Origin: Lama guanicoe
Taxonomy: Eukaryota
Direction: 5' to 3'
Length of the DNA: 64,000 bases
Assembly: GCA_013239625.1 (NCBI GenBank)
Contig: MU056050.1
Span: 5,837,366 to 5,901,365 of the forward strand
Shown: positions 39,526 to 52,959 of the stretch, one piece after another
How positions within the stretch are numbered: the first letter of the stretch is position 1
How the letters are laid out: the number at the start of each line of letters is the position of its first letter
The notes under the pieces: generated by a model
Told to the model about the DNA's origin: nothing
What the model saw: the letters and a program-made list of their open reading frames with translations, nothing else
The model's database searches: none
Made by a program: the position numbers and the translations under genes

Positions 39526-39977
39526 AAATGAGCTCATGAGCCAGGATCTAGGGTTAAGAATCATCATGTGACTCTGATAAAAGTGTACAGGCTCAAACAA
39601 AAACAAATTATATGACTGGGTCTCAGTCACCTTTAATAATAATAAGCTGATTAGATGGTATTTGGGTCCCATTCCATTTCTAAACATCATGGCTCCAGGT
39701 CCTCTCATTTGCCCTCCATAATCTCCTTTTCAACTGGTTGATCACCCATTGCAAGTTAATACATGACTACTGACAACAGCATTTAAGAATTCCATGGCAA
39801 GACCTAATATTTTGTAATATAAACTCATTTGATCTTCACAACAACTGTATTTGTATGTACTATTACTATATGTAGTAGAAGAAACTGGGGGCACAGAAAA
39901 TGACAAAATATACCTTAGGCAGTGGAAATGGTAAGAAGAGAGAGCTGGGACCAGAGGCTATGCTCACATCCTTTATA

Positions 39978-40165
39978 GGAGAGGTCAGCAAATGTTTTCC
40001 GTAAGCGGCCAGATGGACAGATGGTAAACAGTTTAGGCTTTGTGTACCACTTAAGTCTCTGTTGCATATTCTCGTTTTATCTATATAACCCTTTCAAAAT
40101 GAGGAAAAAATACACTTTGACCACAGGCAGTACAAAACCAGGTATGGGGCCAGATTTAGCCTTCA
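39978..40165. mobile_element. MER58-like hAT-Charlie element
   Basis: gaggtcagcaaatgttttccgtaagcggccagat...gtttaggctttgtg...ggggccagatttagcc. Confidence 0.65.
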
Positions 40166-41597
40166 AGTTGATTGCTGTCTTTTACTACCTTGCTTCTTGC
40201 AAGAGGACTGACAAGTCATCAAGTGATGTAACTAGAAAGGGACCTAAAGTGATCACATCTTCTAACTCATTTTATAGATGAGGAACTAAGATATGAACTC
40301 ATTTGCCTAAGGCCATATTGCTCATTAGATTAAAACACTGGTCCTCTGGCTCCTCATTGAGCGCTCATGGAATCACAGAGCACTTAAGTTTAGACACATC
40401 CAGGGGAAACTCAAAGTATGTTATTAACTTACATTTGCTTTTATGGCCACTGAAAACCAATCAACCACTTCAAATCAAGCTAGAAAATAAGGTCTATACA
40501 AAAGCTGTTAATGATAATAAATGTTACACAATTATGTACTTAGCTATTTAAATTAATTCAACTTCAATGTTTTTCTGCCTAGCATTTTAGAAGAATGAGA
40601 AGAACTAAGAGTATTCTGCCTTCAGAAGACAATCTGTGGAGAAACACAAAAGTCTGAGCAAACTACAAGAAATGAGATGGGGAGGGATCAACGAGGGTTG
40701 CAGCAATCCCAGGAGTTTCCAACACATATAGAAGTGCAGACAAAGCTAGAAGGAACAGGGTAGGCCCTTTGGGGAAGACTTTTGCACTGCAGTTGCATGG
40801 ACTTGAAATCAACAAACGCCAAACCAAGACTAAGGGAAGGCACGTGTTATAGAATACAGTGACTAAGAAGGTGTTGTCTCAGCCTCGAGGACCTTGAAAT
40901 CTGGTGAAGACCACATTTTCACTTGTGGCATCACAGTGATTTGAACACATGCCTCACAGTAGTTCTCCTGAAAGCTATGAACTTGACATCTAACACAGAA
41001 TACAGAGAGAGTTAAAAGAGGAATGACATTTAATGGTTGCACAGGAAAATGGCGACTTCAAAAGCAACTGATGAGCCAGGTTCTCAATAGCTCCCTCAGG
41101 GTTACATCTCATCTCCCTGACTTTTTTACCAGGTTGTTTTCTCTGGGGCAGGAAGAAGTGTGGGGATATCAGAGAAGTCACATATCCAGTCTATTTGAGC
41201 TGAATCTGCTGTCACTGTGTAAAATTCAATGTGATGCATCTATGCTGTCTCGTTATTTGTTTGCCAGTATAAACATCAGCTGAGCGTATTTCCAAAGCAA
41301 TCTTTACCCATCAAAGTCCATAAACTTTCTTCAGCCCTCCTTTGTTTATTAACATTTTATCCTAAAATTATGAGATATCTTAATGCTGACTCTAAAATTG
41401 ATGTAATATCAAGCACACTTAACACTTAAATATTCATCAGTTGTTCGTATCTGCATGTGACTGTCATGTTTTCATAGTCTTATAGCTGTCCATGTAAGCT
41501 ACAGAGATGATACTAACAGTAGTAGCACCACGAAGCAAAGTAAAGTTGTTGAGCTGGTGGGTAAAAGAGGGAGAGGACAGAGAACTCTTACAAGAGC

Positions 41598-42297
41598 TTT
41601 TTATTTTTTTTACATTTTTTTTTGATTCATAATCATTTTACAGTGTTGTGTCAAATTCCAGTGTTCAGCGCAATTTTTCAGTCATTCATGGACATATACA
41701 CACTCATTGTCACATTTTTTTCTCTGTGATTTATCATAACATTTTGTGTATATTTCCCTGTGCTATACAGTGTAATCTTGTTTATCTATTCTACAATTTT
41801 GAAATCCCAGTCTATCCCTTCCCACCCTCTACCCCCCTGCCCGGTAACCACAAGTCTGTATTCTCTGTCCATGAGTCTATTTCTGTCCTGTATTTATGCT
41901 TTGTTTTTGTTTGTTTGTTTGTTTTTGTTTTTGTTTTTTAGATTCCACATATAAGCGATCTCATATGGTATTTTTCTTTCTCTTTCTGGCTTACTTCACT
42001 TAGAATGACATTCTCTAGGAGCATCCATGTTGCTGCAAATGGCATTATGTTGTCGGTTTTTATGGCTGAGTAGTATTCCATTGTGTAAAAATATACCACA
42101 TCTTCTTTATCCAGTCACCTGTTGATGGACATTTAGGTTGTTTCCATGTTTTGGCTATTGTAAATAGTGCTGCTATGAACATTGGGGTGCAGGTGTCATC
42201 CTGAAGTAGATTTCCTTCTGGGTACAAGCCCAGGAGTGGGATTCCTGGGTCATATGGTAAGTCTATTCCTAGTCTTTTGAGGAATCTCCACACTGTT
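41598..42297 (-). mobile_element. Young lineage-specific L1, 5'-truncated 3' end
   Basis: Minus ORF 42060-42329 TVWRFLKRLGIDLPYDPGIPLLGLYPE...[23 protein letters not shown], well preserved; poly-T tail at 41598-41623. Confidence 0.95.
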
Positions 42298-42644
42298 GAA
42301 ATGAGTGCTAATGAAATGTGAGAGTGCAATACAAAAAATGACTAGATAAGAAATTAGAAGATCCAGGTCTGGGCCTTGGTTCTGCCACTAATAAGATATG
42401 AGATGGTGACACAGTAAATTTCTTAGCCTGCAATTTCCTCCTCTGAAAATGAAAGGCTGGGTGAAATGAATTCTAAAGGCCCTTTAAAATCTAATAGCCT
42501 TTTATTCAATGGATTATGCATATTTTAGTATAAATAAATGCTGAAGGAGAAACAAGTTCTGGCTTCTAAAACTATTACAAATCAACCAGGGACCAAAATA
42601 CTAGACTGTCAACACTGAACAGGACCTAAATGGTCATCTAGTCC

Positions 42645-42812
42645 AGGGATTGGCAAAATTTCTGAAGAGCTATAGAGTAATATATACATTGAGGACCACC
42701 TACCTCTCACACATATTCTTATTTTTTCAAACAATTTTAAAAAGCATTCTTATCTTGCAGATTGTACAAAAAGCCCAGATGTGAGCTTTGAGACAATTTA
42801 CCAGCTTCTGGT
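42645..42812. mobile_element. MER58-like hAT element inside a MIR remnant
   Basis: cagggattggcaaaatttctg...aaagcattcttatcttgcagattgtacaaaaa...tttaccagcttctg. Confidence 0.5.
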
Positions 42813-43339
42813 GTAGTCTAACACTAACTTTCCATCTATAGATGTTAAGTGACTTGTGTCAAGTCACAAAGCTAGTAAATAACAGAGTCAGGAGTAGGTG
42901 TCAGGGTTCATGGATCCCAAACTAGTGTTCTTTTCTACCTCTCAAAAGATGACATAACTTTTAAAGCTCCTTAGCATAGTAGAATTTGGGGGGAACTTTC
43001 TTACACTCATATCCCTTTTGGCAAATTATCTTCATGACACATGACCTCACGATACCTTCTGATTACCTAGGGTACCAATATAGTACTATATACAAACCTG
43101 ACTTTTTCTAGACAGTACTTTTGAATCAGACTTGTATTATTTATTCTTTACACTTTATCTAACCTTAGCCACCCAACACCTCTTTCTCTCAAGGTCCTAT
43201 TTTCTGTAATAGGAGAAAACAGACTTTCCATCATCAGAATGTCGGTAACTAAGACAAAGTTGTTCGCTTTCAGTTTATAGTCATAATGGTAATTTTAACA
43301 CCATAGACTTAGAAATATCCTCCTCCATAACTAGAAAAA

Positions 43340-43855
43340 AACATCATCCACACACAACTAGTAGGGAGATTAAAAGACAAAAGTAGTAAAATAATCTGTA
43401 GCCCCAATAAGCAGTTAAGGGATATAAAATTTGATACCCAAACGAGTAATCATGAGGGGAAGAGAATACAAAAGCAGGGTATTTAAAATGCATTTAAAAT
43501 TAAGAGATTAGCAGCTTAAAACAATTGTAGATAGACTGCTATACCAAAACCTTATGGTAACCACAAACAAAAAATCTGTAACAGATATACATACAAAAAA
43601 GAAAGAATCCAAACATAACACTATAGAGAGTCACCAAATCACAAGAGAACAAAAGAAAGGGGGAAAAAAGACCTACAAAAACAAATCCAAAACAATTAAC
43701 AAAATGGCAATAAAAACATACATATCGATAATTACCTTAAATGTAAATGGACTAAATGCTCCAACCAAAAGACAGAGACTGACTGAATGGATACAAGAAC
43801 AAGATCCATATCTATGCTGTCCACAAGAAACCCACTTCAGAGCTAGACAAACGTA
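43340..43855 (+). mobile_element. Internal L1 fragment (inter-ORF spacer + ORF2 N-terminus)
   Basis: ORF 43554-43856 contains MAIKTYISIITLNVNGLNAPTKRQRLTEWIQEQDPYLCCPQETHFR (L1 endonuclease start); homologous to 7168-7700. Confidence 0.9.
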
Positions 43856-44639
43856 AACACTATTATCCTCATTTTAGTGTGAAGAAAACACAGTTTCAAT
43901 CAATTGCTTAAAGTTACACAGCTAGGAAATGGTGAAACAAGGATTTGCATCCTTGTCTGTCTGACTCCAAGCTGCTTAAGCAGTAAAGTTTGTAGATTCA
44001 GAGCAATTCGCTTACAGAAGTATAACAGGGTATGTCACAAGGGACAGGTTCTGTAGGAGCCCCCGGGGTACCTTAGAAATAGTTTGTTTCCTTTCCTTAA
44101 GAAAACACCAATCATGAGGCTGAAACTTAGACCTGAGCAGTTATGCTGTCCCCATGCCTCCAGTCTGGATTTCCCAATCAATATGGCAGCTCCAACAACA
44201 CTGAATAACTGAAAGCAGTGACGGATAGTGACGGCCTTTGGAAATGGAGTGCACCGGGCAGCCAAGTAATACAATATCCATCAATTAAAACAGAGGGATT
44301 CTAGCCAGTGCAGCATTTGGAAATTAAAGTAAACCACTGAGCAGGTGGTGAGAGGTACTTGATCATTCCCATCTAATGTCTAAATTTAATCATCTCCCCA
44401 GCTGGGCCACCCACAGTGGATACAGTATAGAAGGTCTTCTTGTTTGTAGAGGAACACAGCGCCCTGTGGTACAACTCTTCATCAAAGCAGTCACTACCAG
44501 ACGTTTGTTACCCCCAAAGCCCTCAGGAGTTGCTCCTGAACATCTGTTAGTGAGGAATTCATCCTGATGGATGACTTGCATGTTGAAATAAGCATGTAAT
44601 ACCTAAAATTGAAAGTTCCATTCTCACTTCATTACTTTT

Positions 44640-44800
44640 ATGTAATGGTGGAAAATACACTGAGCTAGGAATCAGAAAGCTTCAGTTCTGTCCACTGCTA
44701 CACTGTAAACTGACTGAAGTGGCTGAGCGAACTTGGGCAAGATATTTCTTCTCTCTGGGGCTCAGTTTCCTCTTCCCCCGAGAAAAGGGGGAGGGTTAGG
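44640..44800 (+). mobile_element. MIR SINE remnant
   Basis: ctgagcgaacttgggcaagatatttcttctctctggggctcagtttcctc. Confidence 0.65.
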
Positions 44801-45654
44801 TTTAACATCATCCAAAATCCTTAGTCAGGTTCACAGATTCACACATCCTTCCCTTACTCCAGACTCTTAGTCTTCACAGATAAAATTCAAACCTGACCTG
44901 GTATACAGCCTTCTCCATGATACACGCTAACTTTGCCTGCCCTGTTCCATCTCCCAACCTTTCTTAAAAACATATGGTCAGCTCATAGTCAGTTGCTTGC
45001 TCCACATAGAACACACACATTCACTGTTCCTTGCCATGGCCATGCCTTAATTCAGGCCCTTGCCCCAGCCTAAAATGTCTGCTTTAATCTAACTTCGGCC
45101 CCACCCTTCAAGGCCAAGTTCATTCTAATGTTCTCAAGAAACCTTTCCTTCAGGGGAAAGAAAGAATATAATCGTTAGAGGGCTGCTAGGGCAGAGTTTG
45201 TTCAGAATCCTATAGCTCCATGTTGTGGTGGTTGTAGTTCAACTCGCTGACAGCCCGAAGTCAGCCAAAAGTCAACCAATCATAACTGAACGCATTCTAG
45301 TGTCTTTACTGTGGTGATACTCTGATCTTACAGTTTTCCAAAGACATAATGGTATGTATACCTTTTAAAATGGTACAACTAAACTTCAAGTCCTCTTGAC
45401 TTTAGTACATCTATAAAAATGTTGGGTTGAAGATATTATAATGCAGTATTCTCACCAGATCTCAGATATCATAAAATATGAGTTCACAGGATTCTTAGAA
45501 GCCAGCACACCAGCATGACCATCTAATGCAGGATCTCCGAGAGATGGTCATCCTACCTCTACTTGATCTCTACTTAAAACACTGACAGAGATGAGAAACT
45601 CATTACTTCACAAGATCCCTCAGAAAACATCTGTGAAATTACTAAATTTAATTA

Positions 45655-46145
45655 ATTCATTTAGTATATAATTACTGAGGACCTACTATGTACCAGGTAC
45701 TATTTTAGGTATGAAGGAGAGACAGTGGCAAACAGCACAAACAAGGTCCCAACTCTCAGGGAGCTTACATTCAATTGGTAAGGAAAAATTTAACAAGTAC
45801 ATTAATAAGACCAAGAAGTGTTATGTGATAAATAATAAGAAAACGTGGGAAGCAAGAGGGCTAGTATTCGATGGGTTGGTCAGGGAAGACCTGAGGAGGT
45901 GACAGTGGAGTGAAGACCTGAATAACTAGAAGATAACTATGCACATATTTGGGAGAAGAGTGTTCCGGGAAGGAAGAAGGGACAACAAGTGAAAAGAGCT
46001 TTAGGTCAGAGTGTACCTACTGTGCACAAGGAACAGCAAGCAGGCCACTGTGGCTGGACTGCAGTGAGCAAGAGGGAACAGTAGGCAATGAGGTGAGAGA
46101 GAAACAGGCAGAAGCAAATGCTGTGGGGCCTTGCAGGTCATAGTT
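45655..46145 (-). mobile_element. L2 3' region
   Basis: attcatttagtatataattactgaggacctactatgtaccaggtactattttaggt...ggccactgtggctgga...gggccttgcaggtcat. Confidence 0.8.
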
Positions 46146-46696
46146 AACCTGGTGTTTGTTCACAAGGCAATGGGCTGTTCTGCCTTCTAGGATAATATAC
46201 ACCAATGTTATCCCTCTCCCATTAGACAGCTCTCTACCTATCTTAAGACTTTGCTTATACCCCTCCTCGAAGGCCTCTCTTTTATGGGCCAAAAGTCACC
46301 AAATTTTTCAGCCACTCCTCCTGGATGGTTTCCAGATTCCTCACTACTCCAGTTGTCCCCTCCAGGCATGCTGCAGTTTGCTAATGTCCTTCCTCAGCTA
46401 TGTAGTGGCACATATTGAGTGAGAAATAAATGTTACTTAAGGGAATAAATAAACAACACACCATGCTCAATGTGTGGTACAGTAGGACAATTTCTTTCAC
46501 TGTACAGGAGATTATAGTTCTGTTATTCTAACCCAAGTAGAATTCATTTTTAAAGTAACACACTCCATTTCTACCTTTTCATGTGTATCAAAGATGACAT
46601 GGATGCTGATTTTCATTGGTGTATGAACAAGCAACCACATCAATGGAATCTATAAATTTTGCTTCAAAATGTTACCATTTTATACTGAAAGAACAT

Positions 46697-47126
46697 GGTA
46701 GTTGGACTGCAAAAAAAATGGCTTAAATTCTTCGACCATCAATGGATCCATACGCTTTGCCATGGGACTTTGCGGTATTTTACCACTTTGGGTGAAGTGT
46801 TCTTCCCCATGCCTTCATTTGGGGTTTGGACATGTAACTTCCTTTCCCTAATTGAATGTAAGCAAATGTGACACAAGAGGAGCCTGTACTCATTTATGTT
46901 TGCTTTATGAGGCTCTGTCGTCTTATGAACACACCAACGCTAGGCTCCTGGAGAGATGCAAGAGAATGTGGAAAAGATGAAGCCGTGCTAAACAAACCAG
47001 CCCCCAGGTGACTCATAGATGAATACAGGTGCAGGAGTGAGACCAGACAAACTGGTCCATCAATTCAACAACCCACCAGCAATCATATATGGCTGTTGTT
47101 TGTTACACAGCAATAACACTGATACA
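46697..47126 (+). mobile_element. MaLR solo LTR (MLT1F/G/H-like)
   Basis: tggtagttggactgcaaaaaaaatggc...gcaaatgtgacacaag...gtttgttacacagcaataacactgataca. Confidence 0.7.
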
Positions 47127-48556
47127 AAGAGCTGTCAGTCTATGGTGTCCAAACACATATCTCCTTCCCCTAACACACATGCGCACATACATACATATTG
47201 AAGCAAATGAGTTTGAACTTTGGTATATTGGTTTGGGAACGTTTGGGACTTTTGGTCTAAAACATCACAGATGTAATAGGATTTTGTGTCTATGTAACAT
47301 AGGTCATATTCATTAAGCTACTGAAATATCACTACCACCTTTGGACTCAACTGAATCCTCATTATGGATAGCACAGGGACGTGAATGGTATGTAACATGC
47401 TAAATCAACCAAAACTAAAAACAAGTGTTACATACACAAAGCCTACACCTGCTAAAAATGTGCTTTTTCTCCATTTTCCCTCAGATCTATATGAAATTAT
47501 GGACCAACTGTAGAGAAAAAATGATTTCTTGGAAGAGCAGAGTTTCCCATTATGTCTAAGATAACAGAAAGGATATTACCACTCTGCCAAATCTTCCCAC
47601 AGTTGACTTGCTGTGAATTGCAACAGTAAAGTTAAAGAAAATTATTATTAGAGTTCAAAAAAACAAGTTGTTTTAAATAAAGTTTACATTAGTCTGCGGA
47701 CATTCCACATCACAAAAACCACTTCATTTACAATTCCCAACAATTGGTCAGGACTTATTAGATGTTTTTATATTTGGATTCACACAGTTTAATACTTTTT
47801 TTTTTGGTTTTGTTATTTATTTTGTGTCATCAGAAAAGAAATTTAAGACAAATTAAATTCAATCTTGTTGCCAGCGATGTGTCTGGAGTGAAATAACTGA
47901 CTTATAACTACATGTTACAAGAAAACAAAATAAAATAGCTCCAATCTTGAAGATTCTTTTGAGCTATAAAAATGTGGAGTGTGCCAAAGAGAAGTAAGGA
48001 CATATGTTCTCAAACTTTGCTTGTGAAAAGTACATACATTTTATTCTCTAGGACCCATTAGAAGGTCATGAGTATGATGTTTAGAAGTAGAAAAATCATT
48101 ACTAAGAATAAAAACAGTGTGGAAGGCGATAGGTCAGACTACTGCTCTCCTACCTCAGATTAGTGAATCCTTGGAAAACTTCAGAGAAGAGGATATCACG
48201 AAGATGAGGATATTATTCTACTTAGAATTCTACCACATATGCCTAGCCTGGCTCCCTAAGCTATACTCTACCCTTCTTGCAAGCCCAGTTCTAGGACTCA
48301 ACTTAGTCCTCATCAGGATTTTGGTGAAACCTCGTTTAGTATTCAAACAGCCCATCATTAAATGACCTTCAATACTAGTCACGTTCCGATCACAAGGCCC
48401 CAGTCTAGTAACTGAACTTCTTGCTAAAAATTCTGTGTGCCTAGTTTCCTCACCCCCCAAAAAAATGCCATAAGGTGACTTAAATGAGATAATGCAAATG
48501 CCTGGCACATTATAAAAATGTGATAAATCATCTGCTTCTAGGTTACTCTTATTACT

Positions 48557-48753
48557 AGTGGCCTGGTGGTAAACTAGCTCGCTAGGAAAAAAAAAAAAAG
48601 CCCTAATTTATACTGCTTGCTCATTCTCATGGTGCAAATACTGTTATAGCTGATGTCAAACAACTAATGTGAGGCCAGTGGATGAGGAGTTAAGCAAGCA
48701 AAGTATGCACCATCAGCTCTAGTGAGCCAATGTGAGCCAGCTCCAACACACCA
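48557..48753. mobile_element. MER63-like hAT-Blackjack element
   Basis: Termini tagtggcctggtggtaaac and tcagctctagtgagccaatgtgagccagctccaacacacca. Confidence 0.6.
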
Positions 48754-50579
48754 TCACATGCCCCAGGCTCCACTTTGTAATCCACTTCAAGTCATGGCCC
48801 CCATGGATTTCCCCTGTATCTTAATCCTGATCATTGAAAACCTCTGGCCCTCTCTTGCTCTCAAATAACATTCTGGAATCTCAGAAGTGACCCCAGCCCA
48901 TGTTATCTGTCAGAACTCTGATCAGACCATCCCCCTTCTCATCTGGAAATTAGCATACCTCCTGCTTCCCAAGGGTCTGTCATCATGCCGCAACGTTTGT
49001 CAGGCTACTCTGTCCTTGAGGGGATCTCTCTCTCTTCCTCTGCATGGACTGCCACCATCTTCTAGTTATGGCTTTAGTGAGGGCTCTAAAGCCTGGGGTC
49101 AAAGACAGGGCCTACTGAAATAGGGGTACAGTTTATGCCTTGGAACCAATAAGTTCACTCATCCACAGAAGTAAAAATCTATTCCCTTAGTTTAAGTAGC
49201 ACTTTATTTTTCCTATCTGGATACCAAGCACAACTTCTAGGTACTAGTAGTTGTATAAGCCACCATAAACACACTAGGAGTTTCAAGATGCTATACACAC
49301 AGCCCATACATCAATAAGAGAGGCAACATCGCTTTCATGAACAACTCATAACATATAATCACACTCAAATGATGAACTCCAAAGTTGGTTCATCATATAG
49401 AGTAAACCAGTGCCAATAATTTACTCATACACTAATATGGCTGTCAAGTCTGTTATTTGGTAACTGGCAAAGCTGAAGGCATACTGACGCAATTATCTGT
49501 GCAAGTGAGTGATCCAATTATGCGTACAATTGTGGCACAGCATTAATGCTGATAATGACAGGAAAGATGATCCCAGAATGACTGAACCAGAAAAGAGGAA
49601 AAAAGTAATTTGATTCGGAAAACATGAAGCCATTGAGAGCATCTGTGGGCAACTGATAGCTCTTGAATACTCCCATGAACAGGGTCGGGATGTCGGGACA
49701 GAGGAAAGACTCGCCCAGTGAATTTTGTATTTCAGTTAACAGAAACCATATACCTTACACAGATTATAAAATAACAAATATTTAGGACACACTGAAACAC
49801 ATGCAGCAGAGAATCTGAATCTGATCAAACATAGTCTTATTTTAACATCTTGAATGATCTTAGCATTACCCTATGCTTATGAGTTCCCCTCTGAACTATG
49901 TGACTGTGCAGAAATGCTGAGTGGTTACGAAGCTCCTGAATTTCTAGCTTTCAAGAAAATAAGTGCTTACTTCCAGCCTGGTCCCTCTCTCAAGACCCTA
50001 CACAAAAGTGATGAAGCTCAGTGAAGTCTGAATCAAAAGGTTTCTATAGAAACATAACAACTAAGTCTCACCCAAAGGCCTTCCAGCTTCTCCTATTTAC
50101 GTTGCAATTTATCATTCCTACCTGGCCAAACTCCCTCTTCATGTATCTGGCTTGTCACCTCATCCTGAGGCTGGATCAATCCCCTGATTGCTGATTCTTC
50201 CACCTATTTATTTGATTATATAATCATTATGGAACATCTCCTATGTGGTGGACACTAATGTGTTTGGGATTAAATACCCACATACAGACAAATGTACATA
50301 CCACGGTCAATGTCCTCAAAGGACAAACAAATCTAGTGCAAGAGACAGACAGGTAAACAGGAAATCACAAAAGAATGGAACAGTTTCATTTTTGTGTTAT
50401 CATGGGACAAAAAAATAGGAGCCCAGAAAAGAAACACTAATCTAAACTAGAGAGTCAGAGACGGTTTTCTGGCAGAAATAATCTGCGAAAAAGGACCAGT
50501 AGGAGAGAGCTAAAGAACAACAGAGCAGTGGCCATAACAAAGCCTTCGCCTCCAGGGAAAGAGAAATGATAATACATAT

Positions 50580-50914
50580 GGAGGGGCTTCAAGATGGCAG
50601 ACTAGAAGGATGCAGAGCTCACCCTCTCCCACAATACACTGAAATACATCTACACATGGGATAATTCTCACCCAATACCTACTGATCTCTGACAGAAGAT
50701 CTTATACAAGTGGAGCTACAAGAAAAATCTTCACCCTACTAGACAAAAAACAAGGTCCTACTGTACAGCATAGAGAACTATATTCATTATCCTATGACAG
50801 CCTATTAATGACAAAGAATACAAAAAGGAATATATATGTATAGCTGAATCACTGTGTTGTACACAAGAAACACAACATTGTAAATCAACTATGCTTCAAT
50901 TAAAAATAAAATAT
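50580..50914 (+). mobile_element. Bipartite mini-L1: L1 5' terminus fused to L1 3' terminus
   Basis: First ~155 bp homologous to 4463-4620, last ~175 bp homologous to 10730-10880, A-rich tail, degenerate TSD. Confidence 0.8.
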
Positions 50915-51039
50915 AAATGTAATAGCATACACATTATAATACGTATTCTGTAAATAATGTAGGTTATATACACATATATGTATGTAATATGTATTATTAG
51001 TATACATAATAATAATATGGATCAGTATGCATAGATCTG

Positions 51040-51350
51040 GTATAAAGAAAAACAGAACAGGGTATAGAGACAGCATAATAGGGATGGGTGCACTTCAGAC
51101 AGAATGTTCAGAGAAGGCCTTGCTGATATGTTTGAGTAGACTTGAATCACATGAAGGAGCAAGACATGTGAGTATCTGAGAGGAATCTTCTGGGACAGGC
51201 AGCAGGAGCACGTTTAAAAAGTTCAAGGACCAACAGAAAAAGCAACACAGCTGAAGCTGAGTGTTGCAAGAGTAAAAGAGGTGGGAAATCACATCCGAAG
51301 GCAAGCCAAAAGCCAGGTCACAGAGGATCTTGTAGGCCACGGCGAGGCGT
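51040..51350 (-). mobile_element. L2 remnant
   Basis: tcagagaaggccttgctgatatgtttgagtagacttgaatcacatgaaggagcaagacatgtgagtatctg...gaggatcttgtaggccac. Confidence 0.7.
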
Positions 51351-51499
51351 TTATTGTTTTGGGTTTTTCTTGAACTTCAGGTGTACAGAATTTAATCGAT
51401 CATAATTCTTGCTTCAGGTTACATTATCATTGCTTTATGAATTATTGTTTTCATTGATTTTAGGGTCTTAATATCCGTGAACCAACTGTCCAACCCCCA

Positions 51500-52800
51500 A
51501 ATTGGATACTACCTTTGTTTCTTCACTATCCCATGCTCCATGGCCTCCTGAAGGTAACCACTATTCTGAATCTTGTATGTATTATTCCTTTTACTCTTTA
51601 TTAATTTAATCAAGCATAAGTGTGTTCCTTAAAAATGTGTTGTACTTGCTTTATTTCATTTCAGCAAAAGATCATCATGTCGTGTGCCATCTTCTGGATC
51701 TTGCTTCTTTTCACTCAGTATCACATCACTAAGCTTTATTCAAGTTGCTGCTTTTCACTGACATAATATCACATTCTGTGAACATTCCACAAGTCATTTC
51801 TGCATTTTCTTGTGAATGGACATTTGGGTAATTACCCAAATTTTGCCGTTACAAACAATGCCACAAACATCCTAACACATGTCTCCTTGCGTGTATGTGG
51901 TAAAATTTCTCTCGGAATATGCCTAGTATTGATGCTAGGTCAATGGATATGCATATGTTCAGCTTTACAAAATAATACCAAATTGTTTTCCAAAGCAGTT
52001 GTAGCAAATTATACTCCCAAAGCAATGTAAAAAAGAGCTCTCATACACATCCTCTCTAAACACTCTGCTTTATCAGGTTACCTAAATTTTATCAAATGGA
52101 TATAAAATGGTATCTCATTGTTGTCCTGATCTGTATTTCCCTAAGCGAGGTTGTGTATCTCTTCATGTTTACTAGCCATCTGTTTTTCCTATTTTCTGAA
52201 ATGCCTAGTCCTCCTTTTTGGTTTCTCTATTCACTTCTTTTAGATTTATTTTGTATTGCGGTAACATGAGTTTATAACATTACAAGTTTCACATGTACAA
52301 CATTGTATTTCCACTTCTGCATACCCCACAGTATGTTCAGCACCAAAAATTTATTTTCCATCCTTATGAAATTTGTCTTTAAATTCTGCCTATGGTATTT
52401 AGTGATAATCAAAAGATTTTTAATTTAACAATCCTTTATACTACGGCAAGGGTCTTTATGTTTTATTTGCTTACTCCAAGGTGAGAAAAATAATCACTTA
52501 TATTTTCTTTTGAAAGTCTTAAAATTTTGTTTTTGGTATTCAAGGGCTTAATCCTGGTAAAGTAGATTTTTTTTAAATATGTATGGTAGGCATCAATTTT
52601 CATTTGTCCCCATATGTACAGTTTTTCCAGATAAATTCATTGTAGTTCTTTTCCCCTGTGATCTGCTATATGTCAAACTTCATTGCATACATGGATCTGT
52701 TTGTCAAATATTCTATTTCACTGTCAATGTGTCTGCCTGTCCTGATTCCATACTGTCTTCCTTACTCTCATTTGAGATCGTTCCTTCTTGCCAAACATCA
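51500..52800 (-). mobile_element. Old L1ME-like 3' region, with a younger L1 tail nested at about 52235-52362
   Basis: aggtaaccactattctgaat...tggacatttgggt...ccaaattgttttccaaag...aaaatggtatctcattg; nested piece homologous to 26455-26560. Confidence 0.75.
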
Positions 52801-52959
52801 CCTACAATCAGCTACTATTAGCAATCTTTGGTTTGGAAGGCCATAGAACCCCCTTCTTTTACACACTTCTTTATACAGTAAATATTTTATGTACCTCATT
52901 GACGGTATCTGCCCAAGTCATGGCAAAAACTCCAACGTCAGGCTCACATAGCATGTGTG

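Noticed and set aside
49369..49396. Hairpin atgatgaac-N10-gttcatcat
   Set aside because: A 9-bp stem is too short for a pre-miRNA and is expected by chance in this much sequence.
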